From the NCBI RefSeq assembly GCF_003704095.1, contig NW_020843837.1, forward strand, positions 310,001 to 374,000: a stretch of DNA of 64,000 bases. The letters are read 5' to 3'. Made by a program: the position numbers and the translations under genes. The notes beneath the pieces were generated by a model. The model made no database searches. It had not been told where the DNA came from and saw nothing but the letters and a program-made list of their open reading frames with translations. Below, piece by piece: positions 1 through 14,100 of this stretch; positions within the stretch are counted from its first letter, which is position 1; the number at the start of each line of letters is the position of its first letter. The stretch comes from Pocillopora damicornis. Its lineage: Eukaryota.

Positions 1-2870
1 AGCTGTCCGTGCCATCTAGGGCCCAGTGGAAAGGAAAGCCTACAAAATAAAATATTTTCATTACACTGCAAATGTTCGAGAACATAAGCCAATTCTGAAT
101 CATGCAACGCGCCTGACCTTTCCTCGTGAAAGTTTAAGCCATAAAACTGAGATAAATAATTGCAAACAACCGGTCTGTTTTGTCCAGTATTTTTTTCTTT
201 TCGGTTAGAAATTTTTTCATCAAGGAAAGAAAATTCACTTTTCTCGGTGCTGGCACTGGACCAATTCCGTATGGCAAAGAAATCATCACCTGCACACTTG
301 TCTCCATCCGGGACTTGGTCCGAACTACACGTGCAAATGAAACTGCCAACCGTGTTTTGGCACATGGAATTCCCGTCACAATTGTGAGTTCCCAGCGAGC
401 ATTCATCTACATCTGCCACGAAACGTTCAAAAAGGAACGTCATATGATTGAAATGGTATAAATGCTGCCTGGGCGATATATAAAAGACTCCCTGACTGAA
501 ACAATGAATCCATCCGGAATTGAGTTAAAATGTGGGCATAAAATTAAGAGAGCAAATGCTTTTTTTAAGATTTTTTAGAGTGGGTCGTTTTACTAAGGAA
601 ATATTCCTTTTTATCTGAAAAACTCTCTGTATCAAATCTCTTCAATATTCAATCACTTGACAAAATTTTCAGCCTCTTTTCACGTCCAAATTTTCTGGTA
701 AAATCGTTAGAAATGTGGTTTATCATCGCTAAAACACAACATACCTTCATCACACCTTTCTCCTCGAAATCCAGGATCAGAACAAACGCAGGAGAATCCT
801 ACGTCATTAGGACAACAGTTTTTGTTCTCTGGGCATGGAGGTTTGCATAAATTCTAGGTTCAAGAAAACAAAGCTTGATTATCACATCAATGGAACGAAG
901 GTAAGTAAGCCTGCATTCAATCCACCTCTTGAACTATTCAGGGGAAGTGGGATAATTCGCTAAAAAGGGTATTGTCATTAACCCCTTTCGGCTGAAGGTA
1001 AAGTTCTGACCATTGTTATTGTCGGGTTACAGAGCGCGCATGTCGTTTTAGCAGAAGCAGCTGTTTTGATGTCACAAGGTTATTTTGGCATCAACAACTG
1101 AGTTGATAACGTAAATTGGCCACCGTGAAGAGTTTCAAAGCTGACGTTTCGAGCAGACAATGGGCGAACGCTCGAAACTTCGGCTTTGAAATTCTTTACG
1201 GTGGCCAATTTACGTTATCAACTCAGTTAATATTACCAAATTACATTGTTATACTCTCTCACCGACGCAGCACCACAGTTTCTTCTAAAACTTACCCCAT
1301 TTATGTTTTGATGTTAGTCGGGACTGGAAGAGGAAAAGGGGAACAATAATCTATGTCTAATGTGGAGTGGACGTTTTCAGTGGTATATATGAATTACAGC
1401 CCTACTGAATTTTTCACAGAAATCTCCCTGGATTAAGGAGCTAAATCAACGAAGATAATGAAAACAAAGCGATGTGATCGGCTCAGATAGGGCCGAAGGA
1501 TTATTTCGAAAACCAGAAGTCAAATACTAAAAAAAAATGAAATGGTAGTGGAGTAATATTCGATGGTTTGACGTTTAATACAAGCAAACATTTTGCTCAT
1601 TTCTCTAGTTTTTCCTTTTCCCTACCGAGGGCTCGGAAAAGTACTGCGCAACTCGCAAAATATCCACGTGTATTAGGTGTCATAAGGTTGATATAGGTAT
1701 TCAGGACGAGTCTGAAAAGACAAAATCTGTTCTCTCCCTTGATGCTATAGTACGTTTTCCTAGGACTCATAACAATAAACTCACATCAGAAGGACGGTAA
1801 ATGAAACCAGGGCGAGACTCAAGATGGCTCACTTGAGATTCATAATGCGAGCTGCTAAGTTCGCATACACGTTTGCCTTGTTCAGAGACTGGACCGAGGT
1901 TGTAGGATTTACAGCCAGTCTGCAAATAACAACTCAGTTGACACTGAACTTCTCCGTCTACTGTGAGATTGTTTATGATGCTTTTGTTGAACGCACTGTC
2001 AGGATAAATTTCTCTGAAAAGCAGAATCCTGCAGCAGTCTGCCAGGGAAAGAAACAAAAAAAAAATGATTCACTTTAGTGAAAGATATTTTTCGTCCTGT
2101 GACGAGCGTGGGACAAAGAAAAAAATCTGAGTCCCCTACGGTGAGGGAGGTCTATTACGAAGTTCATATGACACGCGTCCTGCATACTGCTAGGATCAGC
2201 GATATAGATAGCGTCATGTTTGTAAATAGAGTTAGAAATATGGCAAGTTTTGAGCTCGGTAAGAAATAGTTAATGATATTTCTGGTCTTGTCACGAGCGT
2301 GTGTCAAAAGAAAAAATTCCGAGTCCCTTTGAATCACCTTGTTACATTTATCGCACGTATAAAAGCCCCCAATAAGCTTCTTTGTGGTATAAAAATGAAT
2401 TCCGACTGTACCATTGTATCAGTTCTTCCTCGGGAAAGAATTCTCAGTAAAATTTGCCTCGCTCTCAACGTCTGGCGCCGTAGTAGTATCTGGCAAGCAC
2501 GGATTTGAGTCTCGTCGAAGCCAGAATTTTTTCAGGCTTCTTTTAAATAATTACTTGAACCGCAGACTGACTGCAAGTATCACTACTTTATTCGGCAATT
2601 CAGGTAGTATTTGTTAGTGCCACTAGGAATGATTGAGAACGTTTAACCGTTGAAATATTAATCAGAAACAGAGCCTTCGCCGAATATTTGGAAATTAAAA
2701 TGCTTCAAATTACGCATATTATTGTCATTCTCAAAACATATAAATTTCGCTTGCTTACCTTCCGTAAAAACAAGATAAGGGAAGCTGAGAAACCACAATC
2801 CTGCCAAAAATCTGATTTTATTCTGACAAGTAGCAAAAGTGTTCCACAGCACGATGAAAAGTAGCCGAAG
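1..2870 (-). CDS. Secreted PAN/apple-EGF-calcium-binding EGF (probably -LamG) protein, 5' part; 3' end lies outside the window
   Basis: Phase-compatible GT-AG exons on the minus strand. The hydrophobic leader exon ends at 2759 (FLAGLWFLSFPYLVFTE|G; start codon uncertain). 2038-1785 is PAN-like (CRILLF...CQLSCYLQTGCKSYNLG...CELSSS...GFIYRP). 853-745 is EGF (NLCKPPCPENKNCCPNDVGFSCVCSDPGFRGERCDE). 412-290 is cbEGF (DVDECSLGTHNCDGNSMCQNTVGSFICTC). 39-<1 reads GFPFHWALDGTDS and is homologous to [13 protein letters not shown] in the paralog at 46406. Confidence 0.8.
1095..1302. mobile_element. Palindromic repeat (about 60-bp inverted arms) containing degenerate hammerhead-ribozyme halves; Penelope-like-element-derived family
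   Basis: AACTGAGTTGATAACGTAAATTGGCCACCGT..AAAGCTGACGTTTCGAGC (1096-1154) is mirrored by GCTCGAAACTTCGGCTTT..ACGGTGGCCAATTTACGTTATCAACTCAGTT (1170-1228). Related copies lie at 7244-7370, 16362-16530 and 28745-28850. Confidence 0.7.
2082..2330. mobile_element. SINE-like repeat fragment with an internal duplicated segment
   Basis: GATATTTTTCGTCCTGTGACGAGCGTGGGACAAAGAAAAAAATCTGAGTCCC (about 2084-2135) recurs degenerately at about 2275-2327. A more decayed related stretch lies at about 60790-61050. The SINE class is inferred. Confidence 0.45.
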
Positions 2871-3690
2871 TTCATCTAATTTTCTCTCTCTTTCTTGTTT
2901 TCCTTGAAGCCTTCTTTTTATCATTACCTTGAGCCAGGGTTTAAGACCCAAGGATGGATACAATTCCATATATTTCAAGGCCGCCACTGACTAAAATGCT
3001 TGGGCTTCAATGTTTGCGGAAAGTCACCTTCAGTACCTTCACTAATTAGGTAAGTAATGCAGTTACTAAACATATACATATTTATAAACCATTCACATTG
3101 TTAATTTATGAAGTTGTTTCCAAATTGCACCTGTCTGCGACAGTGCTGTTGCAAAAATAAATTACGGTATCCTTGAATATAAAACAAGAAAGACTGGTCT
3201 TTTGAATCTTCGCTTAAGTAGAGGATAAATGGTAAAGAGCAAGAATGAAGACAAATTTCTCGTCCAGTCGCTCTCTGTACCCGAGCATCTAGGTAGACAT
3301 ACTTTGTTCCCTGTGGCTTCTCTCAATATCTGTGGAAAGCTGGTTAATGAACGCAACTTTCCCTTCATTTGAAGAGAATATCCTAGTTTTACTAAAAGAC
3401 GTGAAGCAATAAAACGCCCATGATATTAGTTGAAATGTGATTTAATTCAATCAGTACTATTTTTTTCATAAGCCATTAACAATTCAACATCCTAACAAAC
3501 CTCTTTGGTTCTAAGACTAAAGCTCTTCATTGCACACGGTCTCTATGCAGGATTAGTGGCACATTCTCTGGACCTGTACCAATATTCTTCTGGTGCAAAG
3601 TATAGGTCCACTTATAAATCCCAATAGTTATTAAACTTACAATGACTATAAAGAACAAGATATTGACATCAACAACACAAACACCAAGAC

Positions 3691-3726
3691 AACAAACAAA
3701 CAAACAAACAAACAAACAAACAAAAC
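3691..3726. repeat. (AAAC)n microsatellite
   Basis: Direct read of tandem AAAC units. Confidence 0.9.
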
Positions 3727-4312
3727 AGACAAAAACAAAAAACAAAATCGCAAGAAGGTAATCATAAGTTTGCTTATATTAATTGGTAGCAAGAGTTTTT
3801 TTAAGGTACTTTAGAACAAGGGTGTCCTTTCAATTGAGGGGAAGTATTAACTATTGATCTCTGAGAGAATCAGCTGATTATAAAAACCCAAACGCAGATT
3901 ACACCTTGCAGGACGTGTGGGTTGACAAAATGACTTAAACTAAGGAAACTTGCGCCTTTACCTCTAATACCTCCGATGATTCGATTGAATTGAGTTCTAA
4001 TGATATGAGGCTGAGAAGGATAATTGCTAAAAGATTAAAACCAAAAACGAAAACAAAAAAATTGAAAATGTCGACACATACATCTCAGTGTGCGGGTTTT
4101 TCTTAAGTTGTTCATCCCACAGTTCTGATCCGCACAAAGATTGAAGGTCCATCCGGTAAGCTTTACAAAGCACCGTCATTTAACGATTTTCAACTTCATT
4201 ACATTGAGCTTCCTGTGCTAACTGCACGGCGGGTAACCGGTCACACCTAAAATGACCAATTTAATGGTGATATACAGACGAGCTATTACATCCGCTCGCC
4301 GTATTTCTAGTG

Positions 4313-5073
4313 CTACTTCCTCTCTGAATCTTTGTCAAAACAGTCCTTAGTCTGAGGGAATCTATCAGGTCTGTAATCTGTATCTTTATCCAATCTTGTC
4401 TTGATTTCCTTTTGAATCTCTCTTCGATATGCTCCATGGAGGGCACGATTTCCCTTAGCAGCTCTTGAAAGATCTGGAAGAGGGAGTTTATAATATTAAC
4501 ATCAGACTTCAATCTAAGCCTTTATTCTGGCCGAACCATCAAGAAGCAATTAAACTATATCTTGTTTCAGAGCGCTGTTCGAAAAGAAACAACAAATTTA
4601 CATTCGTACACGCCTTCTTACAAAGCTCTGTTGTACTCCTTAAACTGTACCACCTGGAAGAGATATGTTAATCTAGAAATGATTGAGTGAGTGGAAACAA
4701 ACTATTGTGTTTTAAACGAAAAAACGAAGAAGTATTAAGGAGGACTGTACATCACTTTCTTGTTATAGGATGCCACTGAATGAAAATTATAAGATAACAT
4801 TTATTCACCGCAGGAATGGCGATTTCCACACTCGCCTAAGAAAGAAAAGCAATATCACCAGAGCGTAGTGAGGAAATAAGGCGTTTGCCATAGAATTAAA
4901 ATGTGTTAGAGGTATCCCCTTTTGATGTGCGTCTTCGCTTTGTGTTAACTCTGATTCTCCTCTAGAATTCCCAGCGTGTATAGATCCTTACTATTATCAT
5001 CACTATTCTATTAGTGTTATTCTTCTTCTTCTTCGTATCGTTGTCTTTATTATCACTGTTATTAGTTTATTAT

Positions 5074-5109
<36 letters not shown>

Positions 5110-8100
5110 TGTTATCATTACCGTCCAGACTTGTGAGAGGCGTGGCTCCTGTAGCTGTAGCCGCACTCTTCAATGCATCACCTATACTGTCTTCACTTGG
5201 CGTAATGCCTCGTTGGTCTATCATCTGAAGACGTGATCAACAGTAGTTAGAGTCGTTCTTAAATGACTTGGTAGACTGGAGAGACTGAAGTAAACATTGT
5301 TGATAACTGGTTGTATTTACCTTACGCCTCTTTGGTGGTAGTCCATTGACGTAAGCATCGCTAAAAGGCGCTTGTGGTGGCATTCGTCTTTGCCGCACAA
5401 TGTCTGTTGTGATTACGGGGATCCATTCCTATGAAAGACAGAAAATTACGCTTCTGTGGCACTACAGCAATCTCGAATTCAATCGGCCAAAGGCCACAAG
5501 TCATTTGAAGGAATTATGTAACAAAAGTTTGAAATACACATAATTTTGAATGAGAAAGCCACGGTTTAAGACTATAATATACTTTGGCAATTAATTTAAA
5601 GAATGTGTCTTGAGAATATGCTTTATTTAACAATATGTTTACTTTTGGTTATCAGAACAGATCCGAAGCCAACCATTGTGCTGCGTTAAATCTCGTTAAC
5701 AAACAGATATCTGGGTAAGGCTGGAACGTACATGCAATGAATCTAAAAGCGACAAATCGCTTTTAAAACAACTACCTCAGGCATAATAGATTTCCACTCT
5801 TGATCCGCTTGCTCTTCCTCCATAGCCTCTTCACCCTCCGGCAATTCTGCATTGAGGCTTTCCGTATCATTCCCTGCTATGATGGATGCAGGGGGAGTCG
5901 TAAACGTCTCTGAATCATCAGAACCATGACTGTCCATGTCTTCGTCTATGGCCTGTCAGAATACATGTACAATGAATATAACTGAGATTACCTTTAACTT
6001 TGATAGGAGGCATGGAGAGGTGGAAGCGCAAATTCATTTGCAGTCTGAAATCATTTGGAGTTCTTTGTTGTGTGAATATTAAAAAAAATATAATAAAACC
6101 TTATTTTGCCCAATCATTGTCATAACCTTTCAACGCACAACACTACTCAATCAAAGTGACAATGCAATAACGATAACGACCAAACAGGGAATAGTGCGGT
6201 CAAGAAAGTGTGGTTCGGTTTCCGCCAAGCATACAACATAGCTTCATAAGAACTCTACGTATTGCATCGTTTGATCCACATGTTTAACACTAAATTTAAA
6301 GGCAGTTAGGTACAATTGGCGAGGCGGGCTATTTGCCATGGCATCGGAAAGGGGAAGAAAAAAAACATCGAACGCGATTGTGAATTGCTAAGAAGATTTG
6401 TTTTGTGATTAAACTTCAGAAATGTCGTTGTAAAAATCAAGGAACCCTACTGGAGCAATTTTCAATTGAGTATCGAAAGTAATCCGGGATTGCTTTGGTT
6501 TTACTTCACTTTGTATTGCGATTGGTCCACAATACTTGCGCCGTCCTCTCAACCAATCAGATGCAAAACTAAAAACAATCGCGTTCGGTCACCCGCATTT
6601 TCCCGCGCTTCAAGCAGTTTGAGTTCTCATTGGCTAATGACAATGCAAACCTTGGTTCTGATTGGTCGCTTGGATACCTCTGGTTTTGGTTTGTTCAACA
6701 TTCAATTGAAAACTAAAGAGCTTGCATTACTCGTAACACAACTGCTTTCACTTTAGGGGTGAAGATTTTCAAAACAATTTCCTCACCTCTCCCACTTTCT
6801 TGTCGCCCGCCTTTTCGTCCTCAGAGGAGTTCCCCACGGGAGGTTTAGAGGGGGCTTCAGGTTGTGCCGGAGGGGGTGGTGGAGGGGTTTTGCGTTTGAT
6901 CATGAAGCGCTGGAGTCGCCCCTCACAATACGCCCTACTGTAGTACATCTGACGGATGTTCCTCAGTAACAACTGCTCAAACACTTCTCGAGAATGTTCA
7001 TCCATGTCTTGTGTTAAACTCGATGTGGGCTGCAAGCATTAAAAAATGGAGTAGAGTTTACGAATCATTTTTACAGAATGGGCATTTGGATGCTCTACTA
7101 GCAAGCTACAGAGAACTACTACAGAGGCGAGATACAGCAGGTCCTACATGTCAGGCATTCCGCACTCAGCTAGGTTTCACACTAATGAATTAAGGTGGTG
7201 ATGTCGCATCAGTGGGCGATATTACGAGATCATTTGGTTTTCTCAACTGAGTTGATAATGTAAATTACCTCTGACGAAGGGCTAACGCTCGAAACGTCAC
7301 CTTTACAAAATCTTCACGGTGGCTAATTTATACTATCAACTCAGTTGATAAAAACAAATTATCTTGGTTTAACACTGTTATCCGTTCCCTCTTCTTTCGT
7401 CCTCTCACTGCACGAGATCAAAAGCACGAGGAAGCAGTCATCAATATTTCCAAAATAAAACCTACGGTATTCCACATCCAAAAATCAAAATCATGGCAGA
7501 GTTGGCTTCCAAACACATTTAGTGAGCCATCTTGCGTAAAATAAAACACCATGAAAGCTCGTTATTTGCTTCAATCAAACGTTTCGAAACGAGACTAGCC
7601 CACAATTTTTGGAGATTCAGGTTGGTTCTTTAAGTTCCGAGTGGGTGGCAACTTACAATTCACGTGTGCTTCTACTCGTCGAGTGATTCGAAGGCACTGA
7701 AGGGGAAAAAAAGCAGGCTTTGATACTCACAATTCTATTTCTGATCACTTGTTCCACTCCTTCCAGCCCATCTCTGTAGCAAAACACCAGCATTGTGAAG
7801 AATTCTGCAGCTATGTCCTTCATGTGGCCTTGAAAGTATTCAGCAAACCTGGGGTTCTCCTCTGTTGATGCAACAAGATATCATTATAGTTACAGTAACG
7901 TGCCCATCTCTCAAGAGATCTTCATCAACAGCACATCCTCCGATCAAAATCGATACGCGTTAACAATTCCTTTTTTTTTTCTTTTCCTTAGGGTATACTG
8001 TTTACGTTTAAGTGACCTTCCTTGCACCAAATAAAGTAGTTACATGTAATTAGGGGGCCTCTCTCCAAAACAATAGACTAAGATAAAATCTACAGCGCTC

Positions 8101-11100
8101 AATATTACATCTGAGAGAGAGTTACATCTTAATCAACTCTTGTCCTTCTGTGCTTTATGCGCGTTAACCTGTTAAACGCACGCCCGGTACCATATTTAAA
8201 AAACCGTAATAGTGGAATCCACCTCAAAAGACATCGAAAAAAGGACAAAAAATTATGTACGAAAACGGGTTTGGACTCACGAAAGATAGATTTCTGCGCT
8301 ACGATGCTCACTCAGCTACTGAGAACTCTAACTCTATGTCCTCTTTATTGAGGACACTACTTTTAGCTCCAACGTCTTTGAAAAACTTATCTTTGAACAG
8401 AAACACCCAGTAATCGTATCCTTATAGAAATCCAATTGAATTTTAAACCATACGGTTTCTTCACTAACCTGAATGTAAAACCAAGTCCACGGCATTTCTG
8501 ATATAGTGCTCTAGGAAGCTCTGGGCAGATTCCACAATATCAATATCATTATTTGTTGGGGCAACTTTCTGTTTGCGACAAAAAAAAAGAGATAAATGTT
8601 CACACAAAGGCAACCACAAAGACAAAAAGAACAAAACAGGCCTAGTACAGTGGTGGAAATCTTAAATGCTTTTTTACCATGCCGTCTGCAATAGCAGAAA
8701 ACCAACGCAGTGTTATGACCTGAACCCCGAGATGCGTCTCAAACCGACATGGATAAGTAAGGCTAATTTGAGTAACTTACAGTTAATTTCAGTCTAAACC
8801 CTTGAGGTTGATGTACAAGTATCTATGTTCTCAAAACTTCACACGAAAGTAAATTAGTGAATTCAGAGAATCTGAAAAAGCAACACAACTGGGTAGCATT
8901 CCGAAAGTGAGACACCCAACAGAAACACTGTTGATTGAACAAACAAACAGACGCAACAAAAATAACACGAAAGGCAGCCTTTGAATACAGGTGTAGTGTA
9001 CTGAAGATCACTGAACTTCACTTACAAGGGAGTCCCCAACACCATCAACGATCTCTTTAGTCAACTCCTTCACAGCTTTCTGAAAAGGATTCAGAACAAA
9101 ATGAGCCATTACGAACAAAGGGACTACACAACGTCAGCGAAAAACAGGGTATACTTTTATAGGAGNNNNNNNNNNNNNNNNNNNNNNNNNNNNNNNNNNN
9201 NNNNNNNNNNNNNNNNNNNNNNNGGGTTGGATGGGAATCGACACTGGCTTAGAGGGAAGACATCCTTTACAATTGAACGTTTCGAAATTCAGGGATTACA
9301 GCGAACAAAATCATAATTCGTGTGACGGCTGTTCATGTTATACCATAGTCTACCGGTTTGGATGAATCATAAGAGTTAGGAAACAAGACGTTTACTTCGA
9401 AATCATGGTAGAAGTATAACTGATTTAATTTGACAAAAATAATGCTGAAAATAAATATAGAATTCACAATTAAATAGGAAAAACAAAACAATCAGATACG
9501 CTCGCAAGCTATAGAAAGAGTAGCTTAAAGACAGTATCACTAAGAGCTTTATTAAAAATTTTACCCGTAGGTTTTCGTTTGTTGCTTCTTGTCCATGCAA
9601 AAGATCCTCCTTCACGTACGCCATCAAAGCTGGTCGGATTCGTTCAAATGGTCTCTCAGAACCTAAAGAGACAAGAAATAGGCACTTACGTAAGCAACAG
9701 CATCAAAAATACAATTTACTCCTTTCAAAAGAAGAACGAATATCAGTGATTGTCCCAATGCACCTATGACAGCGCATCAAAACGCACCACGAGTTCCAAA
9801 CAATTGTGCTTGAAATAAACAATAGAACCCCGCTAACTCGGTCTCCCCCGGTAACTCGAACAAGATCCCTTGACCCCAGCTTTCCAGTCATTAACTATCA
9901 GCTAACTCGAGTTCTCGCAACTCAACCAATTTTTGTTTGACTTGTGAGTTCGAGCAAGCAGAGTTCAACTGTAATGACATTCAACTTCAACAAACAGTGA
10001 CTCTACATGGCCACAAAACCAATAAACCCTTCAACTTTAGAAGAAATTAGAATCTTATTTCCTCTTTTGGTATAACCCATGTAAACATAGGAAATGATAA
10101 CCAACTTGAGAAGCTCTTGATTGCGAAACAAATTCTTTTTGTGATTTCTATTGGAAATGTATAGGAAACAGTAAGGAGAATATACAAACTAATGTTACCT
10201 TGTAACAACTTATCTTAATTCCATACAAAATCGCGATGCCAAACGCATTGAGAAGTTACAGCACTTACCCATGACCACGCCCATGACATCCTCAACTGTC
10301 ATCACGGCACTTAGACGCTGATATAGAGCAGGAACCAGTCCTTGACAAAAGAAAAATAACAGAGAGAATTAAAATAACCTCAAGTGAGCTGTACTTGAAA
10401 CAAAAAAGAAATTGAATCAAGGAAGTATACAATATGCAGTGTTCTCCTTTACAGGCAGTAACCGGTGACATCTACCGCCTATAGTACCTCCTATTACCGT
10501 TTAAAATTGCTTGGAATTCTTGAAGATTCAGCGGATAAAAGGACTGCTTTACCGGGTTGAAAATTTGTTTTATTTATTATGCTTAAAATAAGGGAGAGCA
10601 CTGTGTCATGGTCTTACATGTAAGGGAAGCAAGACGGTATCCATGTTCCATGCCAAAAACAAACTCATACAATAACGAGATAGGAACAGCTCACCTTCTT
10701 CATCTTGAATGTCCAGTCCACTTTGTCTCATTGTTTCAATTAAGGAATTAATTGTTTGTGTCTGACCTGAAATGCATGAGTAAAAAATTTACTCATCAAA
10801 ATAATAACAGATAACCATTGACTGAGAATTACTCACTACAGTATGACATAAATTACGGATTAAATTTTTTGACCAATCGCAGTGTAAACTAAAAGAAAAC
10901 CAAAACAATACCTGCTAATTCTTAACACTCTCTTGACCACTGCTCTAAACTACATTGTTTGCAGGACAACAGTCCTTTGAATTGTTACACTTGAATATGT
11001 AGAATTGATTTCTGAGGAGGGAAATCTGTGTGTGTAATTCCTAGAGCCAGTGTAAAATATAAGAGGTATTACATGCATACTACAGAACAGCAAGTAATAC

Positions 11101-14100
11101 TGCTAGTCATGTTTGAAGTCATCACCTTTTTCCATTAAAAAATATTGCAATGTGATAGCAATGTCACAGAAAAAAGCACTTTGGCAACTGAATGAGCTAC
11201 TTAGATAAATAACTTTTATATGGTCTCTTTAAAAAATGGTGTAAGTGACAATCTGTTAGACCTTTAAATTGCCATACGAGAGTCAAATAACCCCACCCCT
11301 CCCTTGCCTCTTTCAGGCAGAGTATCAGTGAAAGTCATNNNNNNNNNNNNNNNNNNNNNNNNNNNNNNNNNNNNNNNNNNNNNNNNNNNNNNNNNNNNNN
11401 NNNNNNNNNNNNNNNNNNNNNNNNNNNTACCATAACAAACCTTCATTGTAGTTCATCATAGAATCTATGATATCCATCATTGATTGCCTTGAATCTGAAC
11501 CACCCCTTCGGCCAGACTGATGAAGGTTTATTAATAGAAGATTAATATGGTTGAAAAATCATTATTTTTCTACAGATAATGGTGTTGCAATAACGCATTT
11601 TGCATGCCTCATCTACACACAAGACTCTGCGCAAACAAGTCACATAGAGTTTATGTTAATTTTGTCATCTTTAGATTCCATGTTGCCGAGTGTGTCAGTG
11701 TACCACAATCTGGTGTCTTTTATGATCTATAACTATACAGACTCATGACAACAAAAAATCTATTTGTTTTAACATGATTAAAAAGCAAAATGTTGTGATG
11801 GTGATGTCATCAAAGCACTTGTCCTCCAATGGATTGTACCGTAAGTAAGAACCAATCACAATTCCTGCATAATTCAGCTTATCATAGAAAGGAAAAATTA
11901 AGACTTACATACATGTAGTATGTCCTTTACTGTTTCAAATAAAGTACAATGTAAACTGAGCACATCCCTTTAGATTCTCATATTTAAGGGGTTGTATTTA
12001 ATTTCAAAGATGCCATAGTATGAGATAAAATATTGGAAAACAACTGTCTAAGACAGATAACAGAGCACAAAGTTCAGAGCAACATGTAGAAATCAAAAAC
12101 TTCATTGTAGTGTAACTCCTTAGCATTAGTTCCAAATGCAACATGTCTGGGGCTTTACTGCCAGGGCAGATGTGCAGGAAAAATTGTTGTTGGCTTGACA
12201 GGGATATATATGAGCAAAGCATAGGACCACACAATTTCTTTCAGCTCTATAAAATAACCAGTAATCACCAAGCAAAGCAAATAATTATTTCCATTAGTTG
12301 AGTAAACAATTATGTCAAACTGCAGAATCTATACCCACATTTGTAAATCAAAATTTTAAATTCAGTCCAGAAAGCTTTATGGCAAATTTTCAATCTAACT
12401 CTTACCTTAAGGCAAAGCCTCTTCACTTAATTTTATCCACCTCTATATGGGCATTTACATGTAACTGTTCTTAATTTACAAAACAAATAAACAGCAATAC
12501 TGGGGAGCTTAAGCAACCCATGATGGGGACAACAAGGCAGACATGGGGATCTTAAAGATCTAATTTGGAGAACAAAAGAACTACATGTGCATATAATGAA
12601 ACCTTCCCAACCAGTCTCAGTAGACAACAAATTTTGACTTTCTGGGCACAGGAACAAAAAAAGCACATCAATTATGTTTCCTCTTCTCTCTTCTGAAGAG
12701 GTTTGGTAGAATATGACACAATAGACACATCAGGCTATTCCCAAAATCCTTTGAGACAAATATACGTTCACTTTTCAGTTATGTTTCCCCAGAGGTTACC
12801 ATCATGACTGCTTAAGCTCCCTACAGTAAGGGCATGAACACTGGCAGTTCATGATCAGTACCTGTCTAGGTGGACCTCGGCCTGAGCTGCCGGGAAAAAG
12901 TGATGGTAATCCTCTAAAGCCAGTCCTCTGATCATGTGCGATCATTCCTAGAATCCCTTGCAAATCAGCTGGAGATATTGTGCGGTCACGGGCTGAAGAT
13001 GCAAGGAAATCAATGATTAAATACCAACAATGGGCACAACAGCTGGTTTTGCAATTATGTCATAAAGTTGATTGAGAATATGACCTTATGCAACATAATA
13101 TAGTTAATAAGGAGGTAAAGTCTTTATTTCATGATGGTAGCCCTTCTGAAGGAGTAAAATTTTTTCTTAGACATTTCATACATACACCTGTACATGTAAC
13201 ATTACAAAAACCTATCTATTTATAAGTTAACAATTGAAAAAAATTACTATAACTACTTTGTACAAGCACATGTAGTAGAAAAGCCTAATAAAAAACTTCT
13301 ATAACTTATATTAAAAATTACCATTTACAAGTATAAAGGAAATTATCAAAAGTTACATAATGATTCATACTGTGTAAATTTCTTAATTTGCTGTTCAATG
13401 GTATTCATTTATTGCTAACAAAAATTTTTTTGCAAGCTGTTCAGAAATTCTACATGTATTTGTCCAAGATCAAGTGGCAAGCCATTCCAGATATGATGAG
13501 TTAATGCTGCAGCAGTTCTACCCCCTTTGGTTTTCTCTTTTCTATGAAGGCCATTTGAGTACCTAGCATTTTCTTCCAAGTGAACTACCATTTTACACAG
13601 ATGCAAATTTTTTTACACAGATGAGCAAGCCACTTAAATGTTTTACCAAAAGCGTTAAATGGATGCAAATTTTTTTAAACGGATAAGCAAACCACTTAAA
13701 CATTTTAGCTAAAGCGTTAAACAGATGCAAATTTTTTTAAACAGATGAGCAAACCGCTTAAACATTTTACCAAAGGCGTTAAACGGATGCAAATTTTTTA
13801 AACAGATAAGCAAACCACTTCAACGTTTTAGCTAAAGCGTTAAACAGATGCAAATTTTTTTAAACGGATGAGCAAACCATTTAAACGCTTTCATGAACCA
13901 TTTAAACAGATTTAAACAGATAGTAAACAGTTTTGCAGTTTAAACAGAAAAGCATCAGTGTCTGTTTTCCCATGGAAGGTCACATTTATTCTCAAGCATT
14001 CTTTAGAGTTTTGAAAAAAAAAAAAAACAAAAAAAAACAAAGAACTGAGTGGATCTAGGATCTGATTGGAAGTACAGTGTAGCTCTCTTTTGTAGCTTTA

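Noticed and set aside
5003-5121. Poly-Asp/poly-Arg tail of BAG6
   Set aside because: It lies beyond the GT donor at 5121 and is read-through into an intronic microsatellite.
11517-11545. CTGATGA hammerhead-like box
   Set aside because: No stem II or GAAA box follows, and it sits at a BAG6 exon boundary.
13597-13930. CRISPR-like array
   Set aside because: The units are contiguous with no unique spacers, there are no cas genes, and the context is a eukaryotic intron.
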